Positions 31,987 through 42,716 are shown, numbered from the stretch's first letter. The stretch is DNA of 64,000 nucleotides from an uncultured delta proteobacterium (GCA_963769935.1 CAVYNY010000035.1:147676-211675); one strand, 5' to 3'. Translations and numbers: made by a program. Notes: a model not told the origin generated them from the sequence alone.

Positions 31987-33018
31987 CTAAACCTGAATTG
32001 GATAATTGCAATACTTCTTGTGAGTTTCCATCATCGCGATGTAATTCTCCGGTTTCACGGCTGAATGGATGCTGTTGCCGGATGAAAAAATATAGCCGCC
32101 GCCGGGTCCGGCTATCCGGATGCACTCTTTTGACTCGGCAATCGTTTGCTCGACACTGCCGAAGGTGAGCGTTTGGGCGCAATCGACATTGCCTTTGATC
32201 GCAATCCGTCGGCCGTATCTGGTTTTAATTTCAGCTAAATCCATGCCCGCTGTAGGATCGATAGGATCCAGGCAATCGATGCCCGCGTCGACAATCATAT
32301 CGATCAGGGGCATGATTTCCCCGTCGGTATGTTTGATGATGTACAGACCGCGATCTTTATACCCTCCCATGACTTTGCAAAGCGGCGGGAAGAATAGTTT
32401 TTTGAAATGGGCGGGCGAAACCATCGGGCCGTGCTTGTGGGCAAAGTCATCGCCGGTGTAAATAATTTTAACGCCTCTTTTGACGGCTTCATCGGCCATT
32501 TTCAGATTGACCGCGACACACATTTCAATGAGGCCTTCGATCAGTTGCGGGTCCTGGATGAGGGTCATCAGAAAGTGTTCAAAACCCATCAATCGGCTCG
32601 GTATTGAAAACACATCGTTCAGGTGCAGAATAACGGCTTTTTTGCCTCGATGCGCTTTAAGCTCGGATTCCAGCGTTAAATATCGCTCCGGTGCGTGGGG
32701 ATCGGGCGGCTCATATTTATCCAGATCCCGCCTGGTTTTTATCGGCCCGTCAACCGGATAGGTGTGGGACTCCCCGGTATCCTTTTTGACAATGCCCCAC
32801 TCATCCCGGTAAACATGGGGTTCGAGTTCTTCACTTTGATAGTCCAAATCAACACAGATGGCATCCTGGTCGGCTTTGTAGACAAATTCCTGATAGCTCA
32901 AGCCGGGATAAATGGCCTCGATGACCTTTTTATCCACAAACCATTCAAAGGTCGGTATGCGATCGACCGCTTCTCGCCGCAGCGTTTTCAGGATTCTTTC
33001 CTCTGAAGTCATTGTCAT
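31987..33018 (-). CDS. Uroporphyrinogen decarboxylase-like (URO-D/MtaA-CmuA superfamily) protein
   Basis: VDRIP, DEWG, GDDFA, KHTDG, KGNVD, GGGYIFSSGNSIH, PEN. Confidence 0.85.
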   Translation of the reverse strand: MTMTSEERILKTLRREAVDRIPTFEWFVDKKVIEAIYPGLSYQEFVYKADQDAICVDLDYQSEELEPHVYRDEWGIVKKDTGESHTYPVDGPIKTRRDLDKYEPPDPHAPERYLTLESELKAHRGKKAVILHLNDVFSIPSRLMGFEHFLMTLIQDPQLIEGLIEMCVAVNLKMADEAVKRGVKIIYTGDDFAHKHGPMVSPAHFKKLFFPPLCKVMGGYKDRGLYIIKHTDGEIMPLIDMIVDAGIDCLDPIDPTAGMDLAEIKTRYGRRIAIKGNVDCAQTLTFGSVEQTIAESKECIRIAGPGGGYIFSSGNSIHSAVKPENYIAMMETHKKYCNYPIQV

Positions 33019-33031
33019 AATTGGGCGCTCC

Positions 33032-34579
33032 TTATGATTTGAACCTGTCAAAGATGTCATGATTCACTTCTTTGAGGCTCGGCTGCAGCTTTTTAAAAAT
33101 CCGGTAATAGTCCTCATATTCATTCTGTCGATTGAGATTCGGCTCATAGATCCGGCCTTCTTTGTAAGTTTGTTGAAACGCATCCTGTTCGTCCTGGTAG
33201 AGACCCAGGCCGATGCCGGCCAGCAGCGCGGCCCCCAATGTCGTTGCCTCTTCCAGGGCGGGTACCTCAATGACTTTTCCGGTTACATCGGCTTTGTTTT
33301 GCATCCACAACTGATTGCGCACGGCGCCCCCGACCGCAATGATCTTTTGAATGCGGCCCGGCAACGCTCTTTCAAAGGAAAACAAAATGTCTTTAAATTG
33401 GTAGTCCAGACCTTCAACAATCGCCCGCAGCATGCAGCCCTTATCGGCTGCGGGGCTCAATCCGATGAAGGCACCCAGCGAGCGGCTGTCGATATCCGGC
33501 GTTCCAGCACCCGCCAGGTGGGGCAGAAAAAAAACACCGTTGGACCCGCAGGGCGCTTTAGCCGCCTTTTCCATCAAAGACTCCCAGTCCCGTTTGCCGG
33601 TCCTGTTTTCAATCTCTTTTTCTTCGAAACCGTAATTGTCCCTGAACCATTCCAGCATCAAGGCCGAAGGCGAATATCCTGCGAGCAGATAGGCCTTTTG
33701 GGCGACATGGGCTTCGACGTTGATCCCGGCTTCAAAGATTTCCTTTTCAAGAACGAGCCGGGGCAGGGTACGAATAATAATTTCCCAGGTTCCGGTGACA
33801 TCCATGATGACATCCGGAACAAAAGCCCCGACAGCCAGGCCGGCGCAGATATAGTCGTGACCGCCCAGAACAACCGGGGTTCCCGCCTTCAAGCCGATTT
33901 TATCGGCAGCTTTTTGGGTGACGCCCCCTAAAACCGTCCCGCTCGGCAGCGCTTGCGGGAAAAGCGCTTTGTCCAGGCCGGCACTGTCGAAGAGGGCATC
34001 AGACCAATTCAGCGTTTGCTGGTCAAACAGGGAGGTGCAGGATGCCATGGTATAATCGGTGGCCCGGCGGCCGCACAGCATGAAGTTTATGAAATCCTCT
34101 ATAAGCAGCCATTTGTCTGTTTTGGAAAGTATTTCCGGGTGATTTTCTTTCATCCAGATCAGCCGATACAGGGTGTCGATGTGCAGCACCTGTTTGCCGG
34201 TGATGGAAAAGATTTTTTCCGCCCCGAATTTCCGGCTGAAAGCCCGGCTTTGCGATTCCGTGCGGGTGCATTGCCAGGAAATAAAGGGGTAGAGCCATTG
34301 ACCGTTTTGATCCAGAGGCACGCCGTCCATGCCCATACCGGTTACCGCAATCCCCTCGATATCGGCTGGGTTGCCGGTTTGATTCAACACGTTTTTTATG
34401 ACCGTGACGGTACTGTTCCAGACAACTTCCGGATCCCAGAAGGCCCAGGTCGGGTGGTCCGGGTCCAAATGCTTGACTTCGGCCGGGACGCTGTGCATGG
34501 CGGCGATGTTGCCCGCTAAATCATAGGCGACCGCTTTAATTGAGGTTGACCCTAAATCGATTCCTAGCAGATAACCCAT
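33032..34579 (-). CDS. FGGY carbohydrate kinase (xylulokinase-like)
   Basis: GIDLGSTSIK, GGHD, TGTWE, PHLAG, VGG...W, LGAALLAG. Confidence 0.92.
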   Translation of the reverse strand: MGYLLGIDLGSTSIKAVAYDLAGNIAAMHSVPAEVKHLDPDHPTWAFWDPEVVWNSTVTVIKNVLNQTGNPADIEGIAVTGMGMDGVPLDQNGQWLYPFISWQCTRTESQSRAFSRKFGAEKIFSITGKQVLHIDTLYRLIWMKENHPEILSKTDKWLLIEDFINFMLCGRRATDYTMASCTSLFDQQTLNWSDALFDSAGLDKALFPQALPSGTVLGGVTQKAADKIGLKAGTPVVLGGHDYICAGLAVGAFVPDVIMDVTGTWEIIIRTLPRLVLEKEIFEAGINVEAHVAQKAYLLAGYSPSALMLEWFRDNYGFEEKEIENRTGKRDWESLMEKAAKAPCGSNGVFFLPHLAGAGTPDIDSRSLGAFIGLSPAADKGCMLRAIVEGLDYQFKDILFSFERALPGRIQKIIAVGGAVRNQLWMQNKADVTGKVIEVPALEEATTLGAALLAGIGLGLYQDEQDAFQQTYKEGRIYEPNLNRQNEYEDYYRIFKKLQPSLKEVNHDIFDRFKS

Positions 34580-34619
34580 TTTTCCGATCTCCCCAATTTT
34601 ATGGTTATTTCAATCGATT

Positions 34620-35402
34620 TTAAAGAGGCAGGGCGCTGACACCCAAAGTCGACAGTGTCTGCAATTTTTCTGCAAATTCATCGATGCTCACTACCTGATA
34701 TCCGAAATCTTTTGCCGTCCGGGCGTCATCCGGCCCGGCGTAGCCCCAGGTGGCAAAAATGAGCGAGATCGTCTTTTCTCCCCGATTGAAGTGTTCGTCG
34801 AGTTCGCGCAAGTTTTTCACGGAATCATCGATGAATGCATAGGTCGGCTTGCTGAACCGCCGCATGATCTGCGTCATATTCTGGATCTTAGTGGTGCCGT
34901 TATCGCCCGAGTAGATGTTGTCCCTGCTGATCTGCAGACCGAAATAATTGCAAAGGTACTGGGTGGCTTCATAATTTTTATTGGTCAGCAACACCAGGTC
35001 GCTGCCTTGTCTTTCAACGATAATCCGCCACAACGGCTGCACCGGTTGATTGAGTGCTGTCCAGGCCTTGATGTCCTTTTCCTTAAAGCGGCGGCGGGTC
35101 TGAAAAAAGCGAATCGTCCGGTCGGCCACAGGCTCTTCGATCCGGCTGATGAGGTCATCATACTGCTGGGGGCTCAACAGTTTGTGCGGCGTCGACCCGG
35201 CGGCCTCAAGACACCATTGCATCAGAACCGGTGCATCGCCGATGGGCTGGACATGAAAACGGTTTTTCAGAAATAAATCGAGCGCCTTCTGCGGCAGCTG
35301 GTCCAGGCGGGAGGCAACATCTCCCTTCAGCATGTTGTAAACCGTAACCGCAACCTCAGGCAATGAGTCCATCAGCACCCCGTCAAAGTCAAATATCAGC
35401 AT
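34620..35402 (-). CDS. HAD-superfamily hydrolase
   Basis: FDFDGVLMDS, LTNK, FIDD, TWGY. Confidence 0.85.
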   Translation of the reverse strand: MLIFDFDGVLMDSLPEVAVTVYNMLKGDVASRLDQLPQKALDLFLKNRFHVQPIGDAPVLMQWCLEAAGSTPHKLLSPQQYDDLISRIEEPVADRTIRFFQTRRRFKEKDIKAWTALNQPVQPLWRIIVERQGSDLVLLTNKNYEATQYLCNYFGLQISRDNIYSGDNGTTKIQNMTQIMRRFSKPTYAFIDDSVKNLRELDEHFNRGEKTISLIFATWGYAGPDDARTAKDFGYQVVSIDEFAEKLQTLSTLGVSALPL

Positions 35403-35493
35403 TGAGTTACTCCCATCGACCCGGTTACAGCTTCAGGGTCGAATTTGTGACCAATGCAAGCCGGGCAGTTAATTCTAGTTATTGAATACAGAA

Positions 35494-35692
35494 GGTTTCA
35501 GGTGTCGGGTTTCAGGTGTCAGCAATGGATTAAGGTCAAAGGATAAAGGCTAAAGGTAAAAGGATATAGCCGTAAAGCTGAAGGCGAGTGGTACGTAGGG
35601 ATGGACAACGATCCGATGTGTTGCTTTCCAGCTTGCAGGCCGCCCAGCCTCTAATTTCTGACATCTGTCTTCTGTCCTCTGACACCTGAAAC
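35494..35692. mobile_element. MITE-like element family A, copy 1
   Basis: Ends GGTTTCAGGTGTC...GACACCTGAAAC; its reverse complement aligns internally with 40204-40364. Confidence 0.7.
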
Positions 35693-35768
35693 TCTATCCC
35701 TTAAGTTTAGGTATAATTTTAGGATAAAAATGAAGCAATGATTATGTTTGTTTTTCCCCCACGCAGCG

Positions 35769-37307
35769 TTACCCTTGCGCCAGCCGGCTCAAGCGGTCCC
35801 AGGGCTCCCGCATGCCTTCCACCAGTCTTTTATACTCCGTGTAGCGGGCCAGATAGGAGGGTGCCGCTGCGGGGTTGGGTTCCTGGCGGCGCTCAACCCT
35901 AACGGCCGTTTCGACCGCATCGGCATGGTCCTTGTAGACACCGACACCGATTCCGGCACTCATGGCTGCGCCGCGGGCACCGATTTCGATTCCATCCGGT
36001 ACTTCCATCGGCAGCCGCAGCGTGTCGGCAAATATCTGGGTCCAGACGGCACTGTGGGCGCCGCCGCCGCTTAGGCGTACCGCTTCAATGTGAATGTCGG
36101 ACCCGCGGGCATCACGCAATTTTTCCAGATGGCTCAAGTGGCTGTAGACAACACCTTCATAGAGCGACCGCAGCATATGAGCCTTGGTGTGCCACCCGGC
36201 GATGCCGTAAAATCCGGCCCGGGCGGTTGCCTGCACGTTGGAGCCGAAAAGGAAAGGATGGAAAATAATGTCGCTGCCGCCCGGCGGCAGGCTGTCCACG
36301 ATTTCACTGCAAACGTCGTAAACCGAAATTCCGCGCTCGGCGGCCATGGCTTTCTCTTCGGCACAAAATTGGGTGACGAACCATTCCAGGTTGGTGGCCG
36401 ATGTTGCACTGGCTTCTACGGTAAGCCATAAATTTGGAACGGTAAAGATGGTGGTCATAAACAACGCGGGGTGGACGATCGGATCGGAGGTGACAATTTC
36501 GTTAATGCTCCAGGTTCCGGCAATGATGCTCACCTGGTCCGGCCGATAAACTCCGGCGCCCAGTGCGGAGGCATCCACGTCAAAAAGGCCGCCGACGACC
36601 GGTGTTCCGGCGGCCAGCCCCGTGGCCCGGGACGCATCCGGCGTCACCCGGCCGGCAATGTCAAAGCTTTGCACCAGCGCCGGCAGGGCCGGGCGCAATT
36701 CTTTTAAATCGTAAAGATCCAACAGTTCATCGGAGTAACACTTATTGCGCACATCCAGCAGGCTGGTGGCGCTCATGTCGGTATAGTCGGACGTGATTTC
36801 ACCCGTCAGGCAATACTTGATGTAGTCTTTGACCATCAGGACGGCCCCGACGCGCCGGTAGACCTGGGGCTCGTTGCGTTTGATCCAGGTCAGCAAGGCA
36901 TTCGGCTGGGCGGGCCAGAAAGACTGGGTCGTATAAGGAAAGACCTGATCATGCAGGCGGCTGCGGTTCCAGGTATCGATAATATCGGCCGCGCGGGTAT
37001 CCAGCGACTGGATGCCGGGACGGGCCGGACGCCCTTCTTTGTCGATCAGGTACAGCCCGTTGCCGTGGCCCGTCGTGCCGACAGCGATGATTTGCTCCGG
37101 CTTGATACCGGACAGGTTCACGGCTTCTTTAATCGTCATGGCCGTTTTCTGCCATAGCGCGTCCATGCTTCTTTCGGTCCAGCCCTGCCGAGGATACTCG
37201 GATTCAACTTTGCGGCTGGTCACCTGGATTTCGCGGCCCTGCAGGTCAAAAATTGCCGCTTTGGAGATCGTGTTGCCGTTGTCGATGCCAAGCAGATATT
37301 CAGACAT
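35769..37307 (-). CDS. lyxK: FGGY kinase, L-xylulose/3-keto-L-gulonate kinase (LyxK)-like
   Basis: GHGNGLYL, SLDTRA, KDY, GGLFDV, AGTWSIN, ATSATNLEWF, HPFLFGS are typical of the LyxK subfamily. Confidence 0.75.
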   Translation of the reverse strand: MSEYLLGIDNGNTISKAAIFDLQGREIQVTSRKVESEYPRQGWTERSMDALWQKTAMTIKEAVNLSGIKPEQIIAVGTTGHGNGLYLIDKEGRPARPGIQSLDTRAADIIDTWNRSRLHDQVFPYTTQSFWPAQPNALLTWIKRNEPQVYRRVGAVLMVKDYIKYCLTGEITSDYTDMSATSLLDVRNKCYSDELLDLYDLKELRPALPALVQSFDIAGRVTPDASRATGLAAGTPVVGGLFDVDASALGAGVYRPDQVSIIAGTWSINEIVTSDPIVHPALFMTTIFTVPNLWLTVEASATSATNLEWFVTQFCAEEKAMAAERGISVYDVCSEIVDSLPPGGSDIIFHPFLFGSNVQATARAGFYGIAGWHTKAHMLRSLYEGVVYSHLSHLEKLRDARGSDIHIEAVRLSGGGAHSAVWTQIFADTLRLPMEVPDGIEIGARGAAMSAGIGVGVYKDHADAVETAVRVERRQEPNPAAAPSYLARYTEYKRLVEGMREPWDRLSRLAQG

Positions 37308-37351
37308 TTAGCATCCTCCTTGGAAAATCTTTATCTGAATAGACAAATCCT

Positions 37352-37423
37352 GGCGGGGGTAAACCCCGCCGCTACCTGGTAGGTAGGATATCTTGTGCAG
37401 GGGCGGGGTTTATCCCCGCCCGC
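37352..37423. repeat. Pair of REP-like palindromes
   Basis: GGCGGGGGTAAACCCCGCCGCTAC and GCAGGGGCGGGGTTTATCCCCGCCCGC. Confidence 0.7.
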
Positions 37424-37539
37424 AAGCGCTAAGTTGCTTTTAAAAGATGTTCTTTTTTGGATATAAACCGCCACACTCCTCGAAACCCTGAACGCTGAAC
37501 CCTGAATGCTGAATCAATGAACCCTGAACGACATAAACC

Positions 37540-38544
37540 TCAGCTGCGTTTTCTGGTATGGCGGATGTGATCCAGGGAAACCGCGCCCAGCAGGATGCCG
37601 CCGCGGATCAGATCCTGCCAGTAGGGGGAGACATCCAGCAGAACCATCGAGCCGGTGATGGTCTGCAGCAGGGCAATGCCCAGAATCGAGCCCAGCACCG
37701 TTCCCACGCCGCCGGTCAGGCTGGCCCCGCCGATGACCACCGCCGAGATGGCGTTCAACTCCAGACCGATGCCGAAGCCCGGAATCGAGGCGCCGAAGCG
37801 CGACATGTAAACGATGCCGGCCAGCCCGGATAGGGTGGAGCACAATATGCAGGTGACGATCTTCACCCGGTGGGTTTTGATGCCGGAAAAAATCGCGGCC
37901 TTTTCGTTGCTGCCGGTATAAAACACCTTGCGTGCCAGCGACGATTTGCGCATTAAATAATCGCTGATCACCACAATGACGGCAAAAAGGAATATGGTAA
38001 AGGGGAGACTGTAGACGGTGCCCTGGCCGATGAACTTAAAGGACTTGGGCAGGGCAAACAGCGACAGCGGCGTGCCCTGGGTGATCACAAAACACAACCC
38101 CCGTGCAATGCCCATAAACGCCAGGGTCGTTATGAAAAAATTCAACCCGACTTTGGTGACAAAGATGCCGATTGTAAAGCCGATCAGGCTGCATATCACG
38201 ATGCCGATCAGGCTGGCCAGCCAGGGATCGATTCCCAGCAGAAAAAGCTTGCCGCCAATGACCATCGCCAGGCACATCACCGAGCCCACCGACAAGTCAA
38301 AGCCGCCGACCACCAGGATCAGCGTCATGCCCACCACGACGATGCCCTCGGTGGAAAACGACAGCAGGATGGCTTTGATGTTGGGCCAGGTTAAAAAATA
38401 CGGTGACACAAAACTCATGATGATGCACACCGCCACAATGATCAGTATCAGGGTGCCTTCCCGAAACCCCCGGATAGCCTCGAAAACATTGCTGACCTTG
38501 GCGGTGGATACCTTGTCTGTTGGAACCATGCCGACACTGTCCAT
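37540..38544 (-). CDS. Sugar ABC permease (RbsC-like)
   Basis: GGFDLSVGS, FITTLA, GSNEKAAIFSGI, ELNAISAVVIGG. Confidence 0.93.
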   Translation of the reverse strand: MDSVGMVPTDKVSTAKVSNVFEAIRGFREGTLILIIVAVCIIMSFVSPYFLTWPNIKAILLSFSTEGIVVVGMTLILVVGGFDLSVGSVMCLAMVIGGKLFLLGIDPWLASLIGIVICSLIGFTIGIFVTKVGLNFFITTLAFMGIARGLCFVITQGTPLSLFALPKSFKFIGQGTVYSLPFTIFLFAVIVVISDYLMRKSSLARKVFYTGSNEKAAIFSGIKTHRVKIVTCILCSTLSGLAGIVYMSRFGASIPGFGIGLELNAISAVVIGGASLTGGVGTVLGSILGIALLQTITGSMVLLDVSPYWQDLIRGGILLGAVSLDHIRHTRKRS

Positions 38545-38643
38545 AGTTCAATTCCTTTGATATTGAAATCCTGATCCTGGCTTATGAGTTGGTATCGATC
38601 ATAGTCCCAAGACTCATTACCCCAACACTCCGCCCTTCTTCTT

Positions 38644-40146
38644 TCACACACATATCCCGGAAGCCAGCTGAATGATGCGCTGCTCGGTAATCTGATCGCC
38701 GGTGATGATGTCGCACTGCCGTCCTTCGTGCATCACCAGCACCCGGTCGCACATGCCGATGACTTCCGGCAGCTCCGATGATATCATGATCACGCCGATG
38801 CCCTGTCCGGCCAGTTCGCGCAGCAGGCGATGGATCTCGGATTTGGCGCCCACATCAATGCCGCGGGTGGGTTCATCCATGATGATGACGGCCGGATTGA
38901 TAGACAGCAGCTTGGCGATTAATACTTTTTGCTGATTGCCCCCGCTCAAAGAGGAGACCAGCTGAACCAGGGAATGATATTTGATGTTCAATTTGTCTGC
39001 CAGCCGGCTGGAAAGCTCGCGGGTGAGCTTGCGGTCGACAAACCCCCGGTATGAAACCTGCTTCAGATTCATGGCCGTGATGTTGCTGCCGATGGGCATC
39101 TCCAGAAACAATCCCTCAGATTTGCGGTCTTCGGTCAGATAAACGATTCCCTGCCGGATCGCATCTTCATAGCTGTTCACATTCAGAGGTCGGCCCTTGA
39201 AGACGACCTCGCCGGCTTTTTTAGGATACAGCCCGCAAATGGCCTTGGCCAGCTCGCTGCGCCCGGCACCCACCAGGCCGGAAAATCCCAGAATTTCGCC
39301 CTCAAACAGATCAAAGTTGATGTCGTGGAAGCGACCCTCGTTCGAGAAGCCGCGAATCTGCAGCAGCACATTGGCCGGCTCGGCCGGCTGCTTGGCTTTG
39401 GCCGGGTACAGGTCGCCGATCTCCCGGCCCACCATTTTATTGACCACTTCGGTCGAAGTGGTCTGGTCCACGTCGTAGGTGCCGATATACCGGCCGTCCC
39501 TGAGAACCGACACCCGGTCGCAATGGGCGAAGACCTCCGCCATGCGGTGGCTGATGTAGATAATGCTGATGCCCTGGTCCTTGAGCTTTTTCATGATCTG
39601 AAACAAGGCGTCCGTTTCACTCTCGGTCAACACCGCCGTGGGCTCATCCAGGATCAATATCCGGCAGTCCAGCGTCAGCGCCTTGGCGATCTCCACCACC
39701 TGCTGGTTGGAGATGCTCAATTCGCCGACTTTTTTGTGGGGTTCGATGGGATGCAGGGATTGAAGGGCCCTGGCGGTCTTGGCGTACAGCTCTTTGTAAT
39801 TTACCAGCCACGCCTTGTCGGCATTGATCGAAGACATGTACAGGTTTTCAGCCACCGTGACATCGGGGCAAAGCGCGATTTCCTGGTGGACAAAACCGAT
39901 GCCGAGCCGTTGGGCGGCCAAGGGGTCTTTAATCTCCACTTTGCGGCCGTTGACAAAAATCTCGCCGGCGTCCGGTGTGTAGACGCCGTCAATCACGTTC
40001 ATCAACGTGGATTTGCCGGCGCCGTTTTCGCCCACCACCGCATGAATCTCACCTTTGCGCAGTTGAAAATTCACCTTGGAAAGAGCCTGGGTGCCGGGAA
40101 ACGACTTGTCAATGCCTCTGACTTCTAAAACCAATTCTTCGGTCAA
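38644..40146 (-). CDS. Sugar ABC ATP-binding protein (RbsA-like)
   Basis: GENGAGKST, LDEPT, LSGGNQQKV, DEPTRGIDVGAK. TTG start after a G-rich RBS. Confidence 0.95.
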   Translation of the reverse strand: MTEELVLEVRGIDKSFPGTQALSKVNFQLRKGEIHAVVGENGAGKSTLMNVIDGVYTPDAGEIFVNGRKVEIKDPLAAQRLGIGFVHQEIALCPDVTVAENLYMSSINADKAWLVNYKELYAKTARALQSLHPIEPHKKVGELSISNQQVVEIAKALTLDCRILILDEPTAVLTESETDALFQIMKKLKDQGISIIYISHRMAEVFAHCDRVSVLRDGRYIGTYDVDQTTSTEVVNKMVGREIGDLYPAKAKQPAEPANVLLQIRGFSNEGRFHDINFDLFEGEILGFSGLVGAGRSELAKAICGLYPKKAGEVVFKGRPLNVNSYEDAIRQGIVYLTEDRKSEGLFLEMPIGSNITAMNLKQVSYRGFVDRKLTRELSSRLADKLNIKYHSLVQLVSSLSGGNQQKVLIAKLLSINPAVIIMDEPTRGIDVGAKSEIHRLLRELAGQGIGVIMISSELPEVIGMCDRVLVMHEGRQCDIITGDQITEQRIIQLASGICV

Positions 40147-40203
40147 GAAGATCACCCCCCCCATGAATTGAAGATTGAAGATTGTAAATTTAATATTGTA
40201 ATA

Positions 40204-40364
40204 GGTTTCAGGTGTCAAGTGTCAGAAGACAGATATCAGAAGACAGAGTCCAGAGGCTGGGATGCTGGAAAGCAATACCTCAGATCTTTGTCCATCCCTT
40301 TGTACCGCTCGCCAGCAGCCTTTCGCCTTTTACCTTTATCCTTTGCTGACTGACACCTGAAACC
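40204..40364. mobile_element. MITE-like element family A, copy 2 (inverted relative to copy 1)
   Basis: Perfect terminal inverted repeat GGTTTCAGGTGTCA/TGACACCTGAAACC; core GCTGGAAAGCAA...TTGTCCATCCCT...CTCGCC shared with copy 1. Confidence 0.7.
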
Positions 40365-40373
40365 AGCAGTTAT

Positions 40374-41427
40374 TTACTCTTTGATGCCATTGGTGCCGCG
40401 TCGTTTCAGGTATTTATCCCAGTAAAAGTCGTCGGCATTCTCCTTGGTGACCAGTGCCAGCCCGTTGTCGCAATAGGGGATCTGCATCGGGTTGTAGCCT
40501 TTGCGTTTGTAGTCGTTCATCGGATCGATCATATCCGAATGCTTGGCCAGGTACAAGAACATCATGCCGAAATACCCCTGCACCCCCTGGTCGGGGTTCA
40601 GCGCGCCCCAGATATCGCCTTCCTTGATCATATCCAGAACTTTCTGGTTAACATCGGTGCAAAGAATTTTGATCTTCCCGCCAAGTTCCTTGGCGGCCTG
40701 GGCCGCACCCATGGCCGAGCTGGCTTCGGGCATGAAAATTGCGCCGAGTTCGGGGTGTCCCTGGGCCATGGTCAGGGTCGCCTGATAGGCCTTGTTGGCA
40801 TCCTGGTTGGAAGCGGCGGTGGCAACGACCTTGATGCCCGGCCACTTGGTTTCAATGCGTTTGGTAAATGACTTGACCCGCAGGTCATGATTGTCCTGGC
40901 CGGGGTTTTGGAGGGTCGCCACTTCGCCCTTGCCCCCTAAGTAGTTCCCCTACTTTGTCGGCCGCAAAGTAGCCTTCGCGAACGTTGTCGGAAGTGATAT
41001 AAGATACGCGTTTGCTGTTCGGGGAGTCCGCGGCAAACGTGACCACGGGAATACCCATTTCATAGGCCCGGTTAATGGGTTCAATGAAAGGATCCGGGTT
41101 CATGGGATGCAGGAATATACCGGCCGGCTTTTTGGCCAGGATTTGCTCGAACACGGCCAGTTGTTTATTGACGTCATATTCCGCTGTGCCGGTGTAGACG
41201 GTTTTTACTCCCAGCTGCCAGCCGGCCTGCTTGAACATTTCATAAACCGGAAACCAGTACTCCACGCCCGAAACCATCACACACATGTAATAGGTTTCGT
41301 TCGGATCTCCCTTAAAGGGGTTCTTTGCACGCCAGAATTTTTCCAGCGATGACTGTCCTGCCAGGGTTGCACCTGCGGTGAGAATCATCAGGGAAACGAT
41401 CAGCATTGCTATTACTATTCTTTTCAT
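40374..41427 (-). CDS. Sugar ABC substrate-binding protein, one frameshift at ~40935
   Basis: The two ORFs join into a full paralog of 30928-31956 (…GKGEVATLQNPGQDNHD…). The indel is at or next to a G run. Confidence 0.88.
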
Positions 41428-41750
41428 TGTCTTCCTCCCGTTGTAGTGTTAGTTTTACCTCTTGCTCGTTGCTCTATTATAAACAAAATCTGTCATTCGT
41501 GACGCGGTGGATTTATTAAATCGGGATATCCCGCAATAAAAAAATATCAGCACGCCACTGCTGTCAAATGGATATCACCTCCTTTAATGGCCGGTCTCTG
41601 AGAACTATCTCTCCGATTCCGTCATTGCCGCCGCTTGTCGAAAGCGGCAGGCCAGATTTTATAAAATGGTCTGCTATTTAAAACGCCATTTTATATTTGT
41701 CAATAACCAGACTTTGAACCCGTCTTTGGATGGATCTTCAACTTGCATCT

Positions 41751-42716
41751 TTACCCTTCGACCTTTGTGGTTATCAGCGTGTAAACGGCGACCGTGCCGA
41801 TGAGCACGATGCCTTTGGCAAAAGACTGCCAGTAGGGGGGTATCCATAGAACGGTCATACCGATCGACACGCACATGATGATCAGGGCGCCGACGACCGT
41901 CTTCAACACGGACCCCTCACCGCCGTAAAAACGGGTGCCGCCCAGAAGAATGGCAATGATGGCTTCCAGTTCCATCAGATTGCCGGTCATCGGATCGCCC
42001 ATGGACAGGTAACTTGCTCTGGCTATGCCGCCGATGGCAGAAAGAAAGCCGGTAATCATATACAGCACCCAGATCGTCCCGACAACATTGATGCCGGATA
42101 GTTCCGCCGCCGTCATGTTGCCGCCGATGGCCGCGGTATACTTGCCGAGCACCGTCTTTTTTTGAACAATGACCATGATGACGATGACCGCCACCGCAAC
42201 GTAAAACGCTGCCGGCAGTCCCAGGAACACGGGCGCCCGGGCGAAATCATTGATGCCCGCCGGCATGTTGCCTTTAATCAAGCCGATCTGGCGCGGGGTC
42301 AGGGTCCAGGCAATCCCCCGAAACAGGTACAGGGTCACCAGCGTGGCGATGACGGACACAATGCGCAGCTTCATCACCAGCAGGCCGTTGATGTAGCCCA
42401 TCAAAACCCCCAGTCCCATGGTCAGCAGCGTGCCCCAGAAGAAGCCAAACCCGTTTTTCAGCAGGATGCAATAGACGACACCGCTCAAGCTGACCATGCT
42501 GCCCACCGACAGATCGATCTGAGCGGCGATCATGATGAGGGTGGCGCCGCAGCTGACCAGCAATATCGGTACGGACATTCGCAGAATATTGACAATGTTG
42601 GCCGGATTCAAAAAGTTCATAGACACCGCACTGAACCCGATGACAATCAAAGCCAGCACGAGGAACACAAAGATGTTCTTGAAGGTCGTCCAGGTGAATT
42701 TGCTTTGCATTTCCAT
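41751..42716 (-). CDS. Sugar ABC permease
   Basis: IDLSVGS, GGNMTAAELSGI, ELEAIIAILLGG. Confidence 0.92.
   Translation of the reverse strand: MEMQSKFTWTTFKNIFVFLVLALIVIGFSAVSMNFLNPANIVNILRMSVPILLVSCGATLIMIAAQIDLSVGSMVSLSGVVYCILLKNGFGFFWGTLLTMGLGVLMGYINGLLVMKLRIVSVIATLVTLYLFRGIAWTLTPRQIGLIKGNMPAGINDFARAPVFLGLPAAFYVAVAVIVIMVIVQKKTVLGKYTAAIGGNMTAAELSGINVVGTIWVLYMITGFLSAIGGIARASYLSMGDPMTGNLMELEAIIAILLGGTRFYGGEGSVLKTVVGALIIMCVSIGMTVLWIPPYWQSFAKGIVLIGTVAVYTLITTKVEG

Noticed and set aside
41430..41750. Riboswitch or ncRNA in long intergenic regions (also 46480-46760, 49000-49440)
   Set aside because: Only simple hairpins and repeat elements were seen; no recognisable riboswitch, tRNA or rRNA consensus. 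An Infernal/Rfam scan would be needed to exclude one.
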